A stretch of 64,000 bases of DNA from assembly GCF_009914755.1 (NCBI RefSeq), contig NC_060932.1; one strand, written 5' to 3'. Source of the stretch: the human T2T-CHM13v2.0 reference genome, Homo sapiens. Positions 45,501 through 59,560 of this stretch are shown in pieces. Each line of letters starts with the position of its first letter. Position 1 is the first letter of the stretch. The notes below the pieces were generated by a model that saw only the letters and a program-made list of their open reading frames with translations, was not told the DNA's origin and ran no database searches. Both the position numbers and the translations under genes were made by a program.

Positions 45501-47063
45501 TATTTTGCATAAATTATGATTATGATAAATTATGATGCTATGAGAATAAACACAAGCATAAAAGCAAACTCTGGCTTGTAAATTTTATTAAATAAATAAG
45601 TCCTGAAAGTAACACCTATGCCAGGATATAAACATTCAATTAGTGCAGCAGGATATCAAATTAGAAGTAAAATTTTTGTTCAGACTCCCCATTTCTAATC
45701 TCACATTTCAGTCATAATTACTTTTGAATGCTTTGTATTTCTTCTAATAGTTACCTCCATAACTCTAAATAATGTGTTTAGATCTTTCATTCTTAATTAG
45801 TAACTATAGACTTTATCTATTGATTCTTCGATATGAAAGAGTAAGGCTCAAGTTATTTATACTACCCTAAGCTTTCCTTTTCAAATTCTTCCCAATTGTA
45901 ATTTTTTTCTTAGATGAATAACTTTTGTAATTTTTAAAAATACTTAAGCTTCAACTTCTTGATTCATCAACTTTAAACATTTTTTGGACTCTTGGTTATT
46001 TTTTGACTCTTGGGGAATGAATTTCCCAATTTAGCATTCTCTATGTCTTCCTTTCTCTACTGTCTGACTCCTGTTAGCTATGTTATCACTTTATGTGGGG
46101 AATGTTTAGAGCATTCTGTTCTCTAATTCTAATTAAATTTTCTATACTTTGTAGGTTAATTCTGAAAGTCAAATACTGGTGGAATTTTAATATAATAGTT
46201 ATATAAATATTCATTTCATGTTTGAGGAATATTGGGTATGTAGAGAAAGCAATGCAACTCAACACCTACGCCCCTTTAAGGAGAATTTTCTAAAGGTCAA
46301 GATTAAATGGATTTTCTCTTTCTATTTTAATATTTCATCCATTATTCAGACTATTGTCATGATTTAACTTGTTTCATATTTGGACCATTCTTGGGAAATG
46401 TTTTGGGTTTAATTGCCTTTTTTCTTGAGAAAAGAAACACATATCTTTTTACCATATTGCCAATATCTTGCAATTGTTTAATGCTTTAGTAAGTATCACT
46501 CTATTTCTAGGTCTGTTTCAAAGCTGTCACCCTGATATTTCTCTTTATTCCACTTCTAGATTAGTTTCACTATTTCTTAGATCCTGTGTACTCCCTTTTA
46601 AGAACATTTCTTTTTCCTCCCCTTCAGGACATTTATTCAAGTGATTTTTTTTCCATAAAGGGTGCATGGGAGGTAAACTTCCTGGGTCCTTGTTTTTCTG
46701 AAAATGTATTTATTTTTCCCTAATCCTTGACTGATAGTTTTGGTAGGTACAGAATTCTAGATTTAAAATGATTTCCAGCTGAGCGTGGTGACTCATGGCG
46801 TAATACCAGCACTTTGGGAGGCTGAGGTGGTAGATCACTTGAGATCAGGAGTTTGAGACCAGACTGGCCACCATGGTGAAACCCCGTCTGTGCTAGAAAT
46901 ACAAAAATACTTAGCTGGGCGTCGTGGCGCATGCCTCTAATCCAAGCTACTTGGGAGGCTGAGGCACAAGAATCACTTGAACCTGGGAGGCAGAGGTTGC
47001 AGTGAGCCGAGATCACGCCACTGTACTCCAGCATGGGCAACAGAGCAAGACTCCATCTCAATG

Positions 47064-47110
<47 letters not shown>

Positions 47111-47600
47111 TTCTTATTAGTAATTTGAAGGCATTGCTTCTTTGTCTTTCAGCATTGACTGTTCCTAATAAAAAGCCTGAGGCCAAGTTTATTCTCTTTA
47201 CTTTCTAGGTAACCTGAAGTGCTCTATCACAAATTATATTTTCTTCAGTTTCATTCTGTTCTTCATTATTGTCAATATGCTTTTAAACTCTTGATTTTGT
47301 TTTGGGTTTCCTTATATTTTCATATTTTAGCCAATTATTTTTTTCAGCTTGTTCTCTATTTATTGTGTTCTGACCTTGTTTCATAGAGATGATGACCTTT
47401 TACATATTTATGAAGACAGCAAAACTGGTTTAAATTTTCACTGAGAAAACTCTTTTTAGAAGTTTCTCTTTCTTTGAGGTTTTAGAGAGTTATCTATTTT
47501 TTCTGTTGTTGAAGTATCTTTTTTTCCATAATCCCATTGTTGGCTCTTTTTCTACTTTTTCATTCTTGAATTGTGTGAGATTTATCCAGGCTTTGTCTTT
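42540..47600 (-). mobile_element. Highly degenerate ancient L1M fragments with small insertions
   Basis: Scattered antisense ORF2-like motifs ('CATACCTTCTGCAAATAA', 'ACATCCTTACCTTCCTCCTGATTTTAATG', 'CCTTGCATTTCTGAGGTAATCCCTACTTGAT'). Boundaries approximate. Confidence 0.55.
46777..47110 (+). mobile_element. Alu (Sz/J-like) with (TAA)n tail at 47065-47110
   Basis: Full dimer; trinucleotide tail visible. Confidence 0.92.
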
Positions 47601-49269
47601 ATTAACAAAAATAATAGGTGAATTATTTTTTGCTTCACTTGCCGTTCACACATTTTGCCCAGATTTAAACTAAAATTTTAATTTGATGGTTTTTTCAAAT
47701 GTCTAACGGGCTTTCATCTGTCATGGATTTAGGTGAATTAATACAACTCTTGCATTTTTTAAACTGTAAGGTTACATGTAATTTGAAGTTGTTTGAATAG
47801 TGTAAAACATTAATTAGTTTTTTCTAAATAACTGTGCTTCCACTCATGCTGATTATTTTGCTAAGTTAAGAGATCTGAGGTCTTTTAGCAAAAGTAAAAT
47901 AAGTAGAGCTCATAGAATGGGAAGACTGGTTTGTGTAGGAGCCCATGACTGCAGTAAAGAAAGTTCCCATAAGACTGATTGCTGCTCACTATATTTCTCA
48001 CCACTGTAGCCCCTGTCTTCTGAAACATGGTGTAAACTCTATGGGTAATCAACATCTTTTCTTATATTTTTTTGAGACCAGAATGGAAGGAAGCACCCAT
48101 TTTATGTGGTTGTAAAAATAAAATATGTGATGTATGGTCTAAAACTACACCTGCCAACCTATTACTGATGATACATTAAATGGAATTTTTATACTCATAG
48201 TAATTCTGATCTTTGGCTTTCTGTACTTTGCCAGTCAATGAAGGTGTGTGCATGTGTGCATGTACATATGCGTGCATGATTTTTTCATAATGGGAGATGG
48301 GGGAGGCCCTATCATACATAATAGCCTGCTGCCTGCTGCCATGTTAAGAAGTCCAACCATTAGTCTGTTTTGATAAGCTAGGCATCTCAAGTAGCCCTAT
48401 TGATTTTTCTTTAGTTCTTCTTCTTTTTTGTTTTCTGTTCATTTTTGTGTTTTTAATTTATCCTAGGCAGTTGAATTAAATTGTCTTCCACTTAATTCAT
48501 CTCAGCTTCCCTCCCAGTCTTTTTATGTCCAAAGTCCTTCACCAGTCTTCCTATTGCCTCCAGATTGTGAGCCAATTTCTTGAAGGTGGAGCCAAGTCTC
48601 ACTCTTTATATCTCCGTATAATACATGTTTCATACATACCTACTGATAAGCTGATCAGCTTAATGATGGGGATAGAAGTGAGCTCCTACTCCTGTTTTTT
48701 CCGTCAAAGGTAAACCCTGGAAAAGGACAAAGTTCGAGTAATATTTTCTACGGAGAGCTTGGAACTCAGACGTCTTCTATGGAGTTCTCATCTTCTTGCT
48801 CCCTTGCCTTTTGGTGAGGGAAAGAATATGCCACCTGTCTTGTCTCCTGGGACCATGCCAATAAGTGTGCTGCCCCAGGGGCTCTGCAGGATGGGTTTGT
48901 TCTCCTGCTCACCTTGCTCCATCCCTGCCCTACCTTTCATCTGCTTTCAGGAGGCTCAAATTGTTTTCTTGTTTCCTTCTTTCCCTTTCCCCCAAACCTC
49001 CAGTAAAGAAGAGATTTTGGTATTAAGAAAATGGGCTGTTGAATTCCAAAATCAGAAATAGACCACATAAATATGTATGAAGCATTAAAACCCTTCTTCG
49101 AAGTGTGATTTCCTGGCTAATGGATGCTTCTGGGATGATTATTATATATATTTTTGTACTCAATTAAGCCCTATTCAGACCAACTTATTTTTTGGTGAAC
49201 TTAAGGACCTTATGATTAGCATCCATTAGCATTTCCATTACATCTATATTGTAATAATACCATCTAAAA

Positions 49270-50180
49270 TTTCTATGCTGTATCTCTCACAGAGTGCTTT
49301 TATGCCATTATTTTATTTGATACTCCCAACAACACCATGAAGAATGTTGAGATTCTCTTAACATTTTTGTTTTATAGATGAGGAGACTGAGGTGCAGAAC
49401 ATTTAAGCGACTTGTCCAAAGTCATGCAGTGAGTAAGGGAGTGGAATGCTGACTAGGAGCCATGTCCTCAGCTAGTATGGCAAGGGCATGCTCCCTATCA
49501 CTGCTAGTAATAGCAAATGATCACTACCACTGAGTATTTGCATCATGCCAGCTACTATATTAGGCTCTCTGTATATATTTTCTCATTTAATACTCCTCAT
49601 AACCCTGCAAAGTAGGAATTGTTATTATTCCCCCCGTTACATAGAGGGGAACTGCAATTTAGAGAGGTTACGTAACTTGGTCCAAGTCACACAGCTAGTC
49701 CTAGTATACCTAGGACTATACTGCAGTTGGAACCCAGGTTTCCCTGATTTCAGGCCTCAGCCCTAGCCACGTGGGTCCCTCATGGTTTTACTGGACTGAG
49801 CTATGAAGATATTCAACATAGCATAGCTCATAAAGGCTGTTCCAGTTCTCATGATTCCCTGAGCTGTGATTACGAGCTCTCCTTGTGACTCCTATGGCTC
49901 TGGGGCATATTGCCAGAGGTAAAATTGGGAGCTGTATGGATCAGAAAGGCAGAGAAAGTGAAGGGACTAATATTTACTGAATGCTTACTATATGCCCAGT
50001 GGCCATTAAAACCCATATCACAGGAACCTTGTAAGTCTGGTATTATCATTTCCACTTTATGGAGGAGGAAACACAGGTTCAGAGAGGTAAAGAAACGTAT
50101 GCAAGATTGTAAGTGGAAGAGTCAGGATTTTTAGTCAGGTCTGTCAGACCTTATAGCCCATGTTTTCTCCTCTATGCCTA
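49270..50180 (-). mobile_element. Cluster of three MIRs (about 49270-49480, 49520-49770, 49970-50180)
   Basis: Three cores of type 'TTTATAGATGAGGAGACTGAGG...ACTTGTCCAAAGTCA'. Confidence 0.75.
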
Positions 50181-51279
50181 AGTAGGAGTGGGCTCAGTGG
50201 TGATGTTTTAAGGGCTAATGTTGATGTTTTAAGGGCTAATGAGAAGGAGCAGTATTTCTAAAGGGCTTAAGGAGGATTATAAGGAACAGAGATGAATTTA
50301 GACCCTGGTGGTTATAATGCATTATAATCAGTACTCTGGAGCCCTATAAAGGAACTCATAAGAGAACCCAAAGAGAAGAAAAACTGTGGCAAGTTTTAGG
50401 CTACATTGCCTAGCTTATATCACAATGCCAGCAGCCTTCAACTGCAATACGTAGGAACTGGGACTTAAAAACCAGCAGAAACACATTGGTAAACATCATA
50501 ATGACACGCATATTTAGGAAAATGATGTTTTTAATTTCAAAATCTATGCAGCCTTGCCTTATATAGTCAGTGCTAGGAAGTTGTGGTGTACCAGGAAATG
50601 ATTTACATTTTAGCCTTAGGCAAAAATATGGAACTTGTAATTATGTCAGAGAGAGGCAAAACCTTCCAGATTTTACAGCTTTAAAGCTGTAAAAGTCTCA
50701 GTTAGGATGTGTGTTGATTAAACTGTGGTGTGGCTGAGCATTTTGCCTGAAACTTCATAGGGAATAAGCATCTGTTAATGACTTTCAGGTAAAAACCTTC
50801 CTTCTAAACCTTTAATGCAGTATTGTCAAAATGTGGAAGTGGTGGGTGACAAGCATTTTCTTGTTCCTTCTAAGGCCTTCCTGATCCAAGGTAGTTTTGA
50901 GCACAAACGGCTGTGCTGGTTAAGCTTTTGGCTTGTGGGAAGAAAGCCGCACATCAACTCCTGATACGCACGAGCTAGCCTGAACTCTGTGATGACCATC
51001 AGATGCAGATAAACTGCCAGACAGAGAAGCTGTCTTGTAGATGTGACTTTGCTGCCTTCAAGAGCAGGGCTTTCTGCACCTATGCTCTAAGCGCCCTTAG
51101 TGTTCCTCTCCCAGTGGTCCTGGATTGATTTCTCTAATGGGGAGCCTCCTCTGTAGGGTCTACAAGGTGACTGGTGGATTGATTGCCCTACTCCACGTAA
51201 TGTGAGTAGGCGATTGTAAAGGGGAGGCTGAAGAGCTTGCCTGTTTTCTTTGTTATTCTTCTTACTGAGAGAGGTGGAC

Positions 51280-51500
51280 TAGAGTGGTAGTTCAAAGATC
51301 TGGCTCTGCAGTCACAGATCTGGGTACCAATCAAGGTTCTGTCCCTGATTTTCTGTGTGACCTTGAGCACATCATTTATCATCTCTAAGCCTCTTTCTCA
51401 TCTTTTAATGCTTTATTCACAATACCTGGTTCACAGGATTGTTGTGGGAATTAAATGAGATAATGTGATATTAAGTCCTTAGGACTTTTAAAGTTGACAT
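51280..51500 (+). mobile_element. MIR
   Basis: 'CTGTGTGACCTTGAGCA...CTCTAAGCCTC...CACAGGATTGTTGTGGGAATTAAATGAGATAATG'. Confidence 0.75.
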
Positions 51501-51984
51501 AGTATTATAACTGTTACCTCCGCTAATAGCGTCAAACCTTGGGTCTAATCAGGGCTCAGTCTCTTTACTATTTGTGTGACCTTCCTAACCATTTTGCCAT
51601 TCTGTCTCCCTTCTGAACATAGCAAATATAACTAGCTTGCTTTGGCCTTCAAATTAATAGAATTCATCAGCCACAGATCTCTGTGAGCCACTTGCTCTGT
51701 AACAGGGAAGGAGTATGTGTGTCTGGCATGGGAGCTTGCCAAGAATATTTGCTCAATAGCTATGCTATTATACCATCACGTGCTGCTGTGGCTTTATAGG
51801 AAGTATATCCTGGATGGTTATTACATATTTAGCTGGAATTTAGTTTCCTAGGGAAATAAAAGTTTCATATTTTAAGAATAGACAATTATTTTGAACAAGT
51901 GGTTTATGTCCACAGAAAGTTCATGTTCTTATCTTTTATGTTTGAATGAAGGCACTGTGTATGAGGTGTCCCTGAACATTGGAA

Positions 51985-52180
51985 GTCTAAAGAGCATGGA
52001 TTTGGATGTCAAAACTGGGTCCAGATTGAAGTTATGACATGGACCACCTGTGAGAGCCTTAATTTCTTCCTGTGTGAATGTAAATAATACCTACCTCATG
52101 GGATTAAAAGAGAAAATAATATAAGAAAGCATATATCATATTATGTAACACATAGTAGCCTCTCAATAAAAGTTACTGGT
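51985..52180 (+). mobile_element. MIR
   Basis: 'AAAGAGCATGGATTTGGA...ATAATACCTACCTCATGGGATTAAA...CACATAGTAG..CTCAATAAA'. Confidence 0.6.
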
Positions 52181-52414
52181 TACTATTTTGGGCAGATCCA
52201 AACATTATGTTAATAAATTTCAATGGCTCCCACATTTTATTCTTTGGGGTGGCACATTCTGTAGAGATATCTTAGGGGCTACAGAGGGACAGTGATGGAG
52301 GGACTAAGGAAATAGTATCCAGGCTCTCTGCCCCACTTCCCAAGAAGCTCTGCTTATGTCTGTTTTATATCTAGGGCATCTGAGATTGTTTTACGGGGGA
52401 GAAAGAAGGCTTTA

Positions 52415-54310
52415 TAAGTGCTTTCAGTTCAATTTATTAATTTTTCCCTCAATGAACCGTAGTTTTAGTGTTGTATCTAAGAAATCTTTGTATATCCCAA
52501 GGTCACAAAGGTTTTCTTCTAGAAGTTTTTATGATTTAGAGTTTTAAATTTAGGCGTATGATCAATTTTTTAGTCCATTTTTGTTTATGGTAAGAGGTGT
52601 GGTGTATTAGTTTGCTAGGACTGCCATAAAGCATCACAGATTAAGTGGCTTAAAAAATAGAAATATATTTTTTCACAATTCTTGAGGCTGGAAGTCTGAG
52701 ATCTAGGTGTAAGCAGGGTTGGTTTCTTCTGAGGCCTCTCTTCTTGCCTTATAGATGGCCATCTTCTCCTTATGTCTTCATGTGGTCTCTTCTCTCTGCC
52801 TGTCCCTGTCCAACTTTCCTCTTCTTATAAAGACATCAGCCATATTGGGTTAGGACCTACCCAAATGAACTCATTTTAACTTAATTACTTCTTTAAAGAC
52901 TATTTCCAAATGCAGTCATATTCTGAGGTACTGGAAGTCAGGACTTTAACATATGAATTTGGGGGGTACATAACTGAGCTTATAATTCATGGATGAAAGT
53001 GTTTTTTTCCCATATGGATATTCAATTGTACTAGTGTGGTTTGCTGCAAAGAACCTCCTTTTTCACTGAATTGCCTTTGTACCTTTCTCAAGAAACAGCT
53101 GTCCATATAAATATGGGTTGATTTCTGCACTCCCTGTTTCGTTCCACTGAACTATTTGTCTATCTTTGCTCTAATATCATACTGTCTGGATTACTTCCAT
53201 TTTATAATATGTTTTAGAATTGACAAACTGGACTTCCTCAAAATGAAACATTTCTGCTCTTCAAAAGACACTGTTAAGGGAATGAAAGGACAAGTCACAG
53301 ACAGGGAGAATATATATATATACACATACACATCTGCAAAAAGTAGAGCTGATATGGGACTACTCATATCCAGAATATATAAAAAACTCTAAGATATAAA
53401 TAATAAGAAGGTAACCTAATAAAAAAGGACAAAAGATTTGAACAGATACTTCACCAAAAAAGATATGTGACTAGCAAATAAGCACATGAAAATATACTCA
53501 ACATTATTAGTCATTAGAGAAATGTAAAATAAAACCACAATGAGACACCAATACACACATATTAGGAATATAAAAAGACTGACCATATCAAGTGTTGGTG
53601 AACATACAGAGGAACTAGAACTCTCATATACTTTTGGTGGGAATGTAAACTGGTACAACCACTTTGAAAAACAACTTGGCAGTTTAAAAAAGTTAAACAT
53701 ACACTTACATGGTCCAGCCATTCTATTACTAGAAATGAAAGCATATGCCCATATAAAGAGTACAAATAAATGTTTTACTTGTTATAGCCCTCCTTGTTAT
53801 AGGAGTTTTACTTGTTATAGCCCCAAACTGGAAGCAACCCAAATCTCCATCAATAAGTGATTGGATAAATGAACTGTGTTATATCTATATTATTCAGCAA
53901 TAAAAAAGAATGAACTATTAGTGAATGCTACCACATGAGTGATTGCAAAATAAATATGCTGGATGATAGAAGCCAGGTATAAGACGCAAACATGCTAAAT
54001 GATTCCATTTGTATCAAACTCTAAAACATGCAAACTAATGTACAATAACAGAAAACAGATCAGTGCCAGTGGTAGAAGGGTAGGAGGAAAGGAACACCAA
54101 GGAGCCTGAAGAACCTTCTGGGAGTGTTCCTTATAATACGTTCATTATCTTAACATATATTCATTCAGTTAAGGAACACATGTTCATTATTTTAACTGTG
54201 ATAATGGTCTTATGGATGTAAACATATGTCAAAACTTATTAAATTATATATGTTAAATATGTGCAGTCTATTATATGTTAATTATATTTCAGTACAGCTG
54301 CTAAAAAAGT
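52415..54310. mobile_element. Old L1MB/MC-type element with 5' inversion (minus ~52415-53217, plus ~53218-54310)
   Basis: Antisense ORF2 text switches to sense 'AATTGACAAACTGGACTTC...' and runs to a 3' end 'AAATATGTGCAG...TTATATTTCAGTACAGCTG'. Confidence 0.75.
52603..52987 (-). mobile_element. MLT1A/B solo LTR
   Basis: TGTATTAGTTTGCTAGGACTGCCATAA...ACATATGAATTTGGGGGG. TSD TGTGG/CATGG. Confidence 0.85.
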
Positions 54311-55504
54311 GATAAAAAACATTTGGGCCAAATATGAAAAACCCAAGACTAAAGTGAAAAATTACAAGACTGTTACTGATCAATGTTCAGGCCTATTAAA
54401 ATTTCCCCTATCCCAATGGCACTTGGGCAACTACTTTTCTTGTATACTTTAGGAAGTATCTAATTCAGACAGGGGACTAAGAAGAGACTCTTCACAGTGC
54501 TTGCTGATAGCCCCAAAATGCAGCATGAAACCACCCAAATGCCAAGACAAATTGAGAAAGGTTGACCTTTAAAATATGTAGAGTTCAGTACCTTTGAATT
54601 AAATTGCATGTTCAGCTTTGGTTCTAGTTGCTAGAGGCTACTTTTTTCAAGTCCACAATTGGCTCCCCCAACTGCGTTTGAAATTCAGTAAAACCAGCCT
54701 TTGCACCTGCCTTTGTTAAAATCTGTACCTAAATTGTTTGGAACAAGAAAGAATAGTAACTAGAAGCAGATTTACTGCAGTCTGGACTTAGTTGTTTGGG
54801 TGACCTCTTTTTGCTGGTTTTCTGGGTTGATTAGACTTTGCTAATTGACAGAGTGTTTGGCGCAATAGCCCAGGCAGAGCCATTCTGCTCTGGACTTGGA
54901 TTTGGTACAAGTATTCCTGGTGGTCAAGTCATGTATTTTCTAGTTTGGAAACAGACGTTGGAACAGGACTGCTGGAGCAGGTTTGCAGGATTCTATGGTG
55001 GAGAAACTATAATGACTTTCAAAAACATGGGCCAAGGTAATTTGGCTGTCTTTTCATTCCCATCTCTAAAAGAAAGAACCCACCAAAGTTCAGAGCATCT
55101 TAAACATTTTGAAGTTGTGACAGTGAATGTGAATAATTGGTGTCTGTGGGACTCTAAGGGTAGAAAGCAGGGCTTACTAGTGCTTCTTCTTATTTAACAG
55201 AGAAGAGCCTGGAAAAAAAAAAACCTATAGTCAGACATAAACATTTCAGCCTTATTTATTTTCAACCAGGGAATAGCTAATACCACGATGCTGTAAAGTT
55301 CTTGCATTTAAATGTCCTATTTCACAGGTCCAAACCCATGTTCCACATAGTAGTATTATAATAGCACCATGGAGACTATCCAGTAGGATCCTGAAAGTCT
55401 TCTTACCCACTCTTTTCCATTTTGCTAAGCACCTGGTTAAATTAAAATTCCAAACAGTATTATTCAGAGACAGCATGGAACAGCGGATTCTTAATTCTGG
55501 CCCC

Positions 55505-55740
55505 CCCATTCATCAAGCACACATAGGCCAGGCAATGCATTTAGCACTGGAGATACTGAAGTAAGGGATTGCCTCTGCCTTCAATGAACCTTTGGTCTAG
55601 AGATGGAGACTGAGAAATAAACAGGAAATTCTAAGCAGAGTGCTGTGTACGATGGAGAAAGTCCTAAACAGAGTAATATTGGGACCTGTAGGAGGCCCTC
55701 CCACTCCAAACCATGAGGGTCAGGCAAGGCTTCCCAAAAG
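55505..55740 (-). mobile_element. L2 fragment
   Basis: 'CATTCATCAAGCAC...GCCAGGCA...GCACTGGAGATAC...GGGTCAGGCAAGGCTTCCC'. Confidence 0.55.
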
Positions 55741-57302
55741 GTAAGAGTTACCTCCTCAAAGAAGCGGGGGAAATTGTCTCTTACTACTCTATGACAATGA
55801 GCAAATCACTCAAATTCTCTGACTCTGTCTTTTGGAAGAAATAACATTTACTGGTTGCTTTTGAGGATTGAATCAGATGAGATATAGAAAAGCCCTTAGC
55901 CCAGTGCTTGCTAGGGGAAAGATCAATATTGGTTTTCATCTTTCCTTTCTTTTTTCCTCCCCTCCTACCTCCATCAGGTGGGGAGTGTGACTTCCGGAGC
56001 ACACTACACAGAGGAGACTTTTGGAGGGTTTTTAGTTGTCATCTCTGTCACTTGGTGTTTATCTTCCTGCTTCTAGTTCATTAGGGCCTTTTTCTTCTGA
56101 TGCTGGCTTGGGCTGTGTTTATGTCTTTCATGTGCTTCTGTGACACTTCATCAGGGGAAGTGGCTGGCCCTCTGAGCAACTGCTGGAGGCGTTGGGAAGA
56201 TGGGAATCAAATGCAGCCTCTGTAGGTGGGTGTGGAACAGAACAGCAGTGTGGCCCTGTGCATGTGTCAGGGGCAGGCAGCAGCCATCATCTGTCCTCAT
56301 GTCCTGCCTGTGGGGTCTGATGAGAAAAGAATGAGTTAGTAATGAAGTAGAGAGGAGAGAGAGCTGAGTGCTAAGTGGAGAATAAAATCATCTTCAAGTA
56401 TAACTCAGGTTTACTCTGGAGCTGTGTATCCTGCAAATAGTACAGTATTCCCACTCTTGGCCAGGCACTAACAGCTGTGGAAGCAAATGGTGTAACTGCC
56501 TTTAGGGGGCGTTCTGACTGGCCAGCAGGCATTACTGATGCAGGGAAGCAATGCAGAAAACTCCACGGCAAGCTGGGCACACTTTGCTCTCTGTTGCTCT
56601 GTGTGTCCTTTGGTTTATTTTTCTGTGTACTCTCCCCTCCTAAGAAGACTGTGCTCTTTCCAAACCCAAATCACCTTCTTATGTTGCAAATCCACCTAAC
56701 CGTCAGAATTTTTTCCTGCACAGCTGTCACAACAAACTTCCCCTCATCTGCTACTAAATGTATCAGACACTGTTGTGCAGTCTGTGAGCTGCCGACTCAT
56801 TATCCGAGGGCTTTCCAATAGAATCTGATGTTATCCAAAGCTTCTCATCTGTTTCAAAGGGAACAATTTCCTGCGTTCTCTGGAGGGAAATCAAACGCAC
56901 TACGTTTAGGAAGTAGGACGGTCCTTCACAGATTTAGTAGATCGCAAGGCAATTATGGGCTGATTATTCCCAACTTAGTGTTTCCTCACCTCATTTCCCA
57001 TAACAGCGACTAGAGTGACCTGAAGATGGGCTTTTTGTCTTTCCAGTGAGACATCGGGAAATAAATCACAAAAATCAAGATAAGTTGTGGTACCTTTGAT
57101 TTCCCTCTGTCCTCTTCCCAAGCCGTTTTTGGCACTCCCTAGAGGAAACCAGTTCTCCTCTCCTCTTTTACTTCTGCAGTGGGCACTTGGGCTCCAAGTA
57201 TCTTTTTTTTTTTTTTAAGTTCATCTTCATCATCCTTTAAATTAAACACCTACTCCCCTGATAAATATGATGCTCTTTTTAACAATTAGTCTTTGGATAT
57301 AG

Positions 57303-57672
<370 letters not shown>

Positions 57673-59126
57673 TAGTTCTTTCCTCCCTTCTCACCTCCAG
57701 CCTGGGATGTAGTCTCCACTATGGTCTTTATTCCATACTCCAAATTTGTCTCTTTCCAAGTATCTTCCTAATTCCTTTTTTTAAAGTTACCTTTTTAATT
57801 TCCTGCCGTGAAACATCTGCTGTATCATCTTGCTTCCGCCACTTCCTAGAAAACTTGTTTTATGAATGTTCTTTCTCCTCAGTATAATTTTCCTGGCTGT
57901 GCCCTGATGTAGTGCTACAATAGTTTTATTTTACATTGACTGATTAAGCACTTTGAATAATTGTTTTAGCTCCATTATGGCAAATCTATTTGGCTTAACA
58001 CTTTTTTTTTTTTTTTGCAACCTTTGATTAATGCCTGACCATTGGGACAGAAAGGAATTGGCGCATTAATTTCCCCTTGACGCCACGGAGAGCTGCTCTT
58101 TTTCCTGTGCAAGAGCCTGAAGCAACAGATGCTCTGTGTTCGTATTGCAGGGGAGAGCACACACTGTTGCAAATAAGTATGTGTGTGTTCCCGGTCAGTG
58201 TTTGCTAATGGTGCTGTGTGGCAGCCATTTCATAGCAGAGAGCAAATGTTAGGATTTAGGGAAAATTGTACCAGCATATCAGATTTTAAAACGGAATGGT
58301 GAATTTTTGTTGAGTTAACAGTGTGTAGCTAGACGATGTTTTCTTTCTAAGCTCATGAAACTTAACAGCTGTTTAGTGAAGCAGTATTTTCATATATGCC
58401 TGTTTGACAGGTTTAATAGCAAATTTTGCAGTAAGTGACTTGCTGAACAGGACTTCTGGCTTGGGCTGTAACAAGAACTGTATTTGCAGCAAGATTCATT
58501 GAGGGTCTTTGTGCTTTAGTGTTTACGGGAAGGGGAAGCCTGGCTAAAGTGAGGAAAACTGAAAGGCATAATCCAAAGGAAATTACTAATATCTCTACCA
58601 GAGTATTCCTCAGAACTTGTTATTAACTAGTTTAGAGGAAGATAACATGGGGAAAACATGCTGTTTAGCAATAAAAACACATGAGTACAATCAGCTTACT
58701 GTAACCCATTATTGCTGCATAGTAATTAAATCTATATATCTCCAACTTTATAGTTTTCTGCAGCAGAATCTCTGAAAGACTTCTGCACTTCATCTGATTC
58801 AAGGAAGCCTATATTCTCTCCCCTGTCTCTGGAAAGGCTACTGTGCCTTGTAATAGCTTTTTAATATTGCCAGATCGAAGACAAATGCTTCACTGGTTTT
58901 ACTGGGAGAAATAAAGCACTTCCTATTACACTTATAGGGGGGATCCAAGTCTTGGGAAACTAGCACTTTATGAGGTTAGAATCCCTTTTCCTTTCTTCCC
59001 ATTTTTGAGTTCTCTCAGATCGTAGGACCTCAGAATCACTCATTCCTAGGGCTACCCACTTTGTATTTGGCTCCTAAGTGCATTTTTCAGGATTTATCTG
59101 TGCTTTTATTGATTGCATGTGCTTAG

Positions 59127-59560
<434 letters not shown>

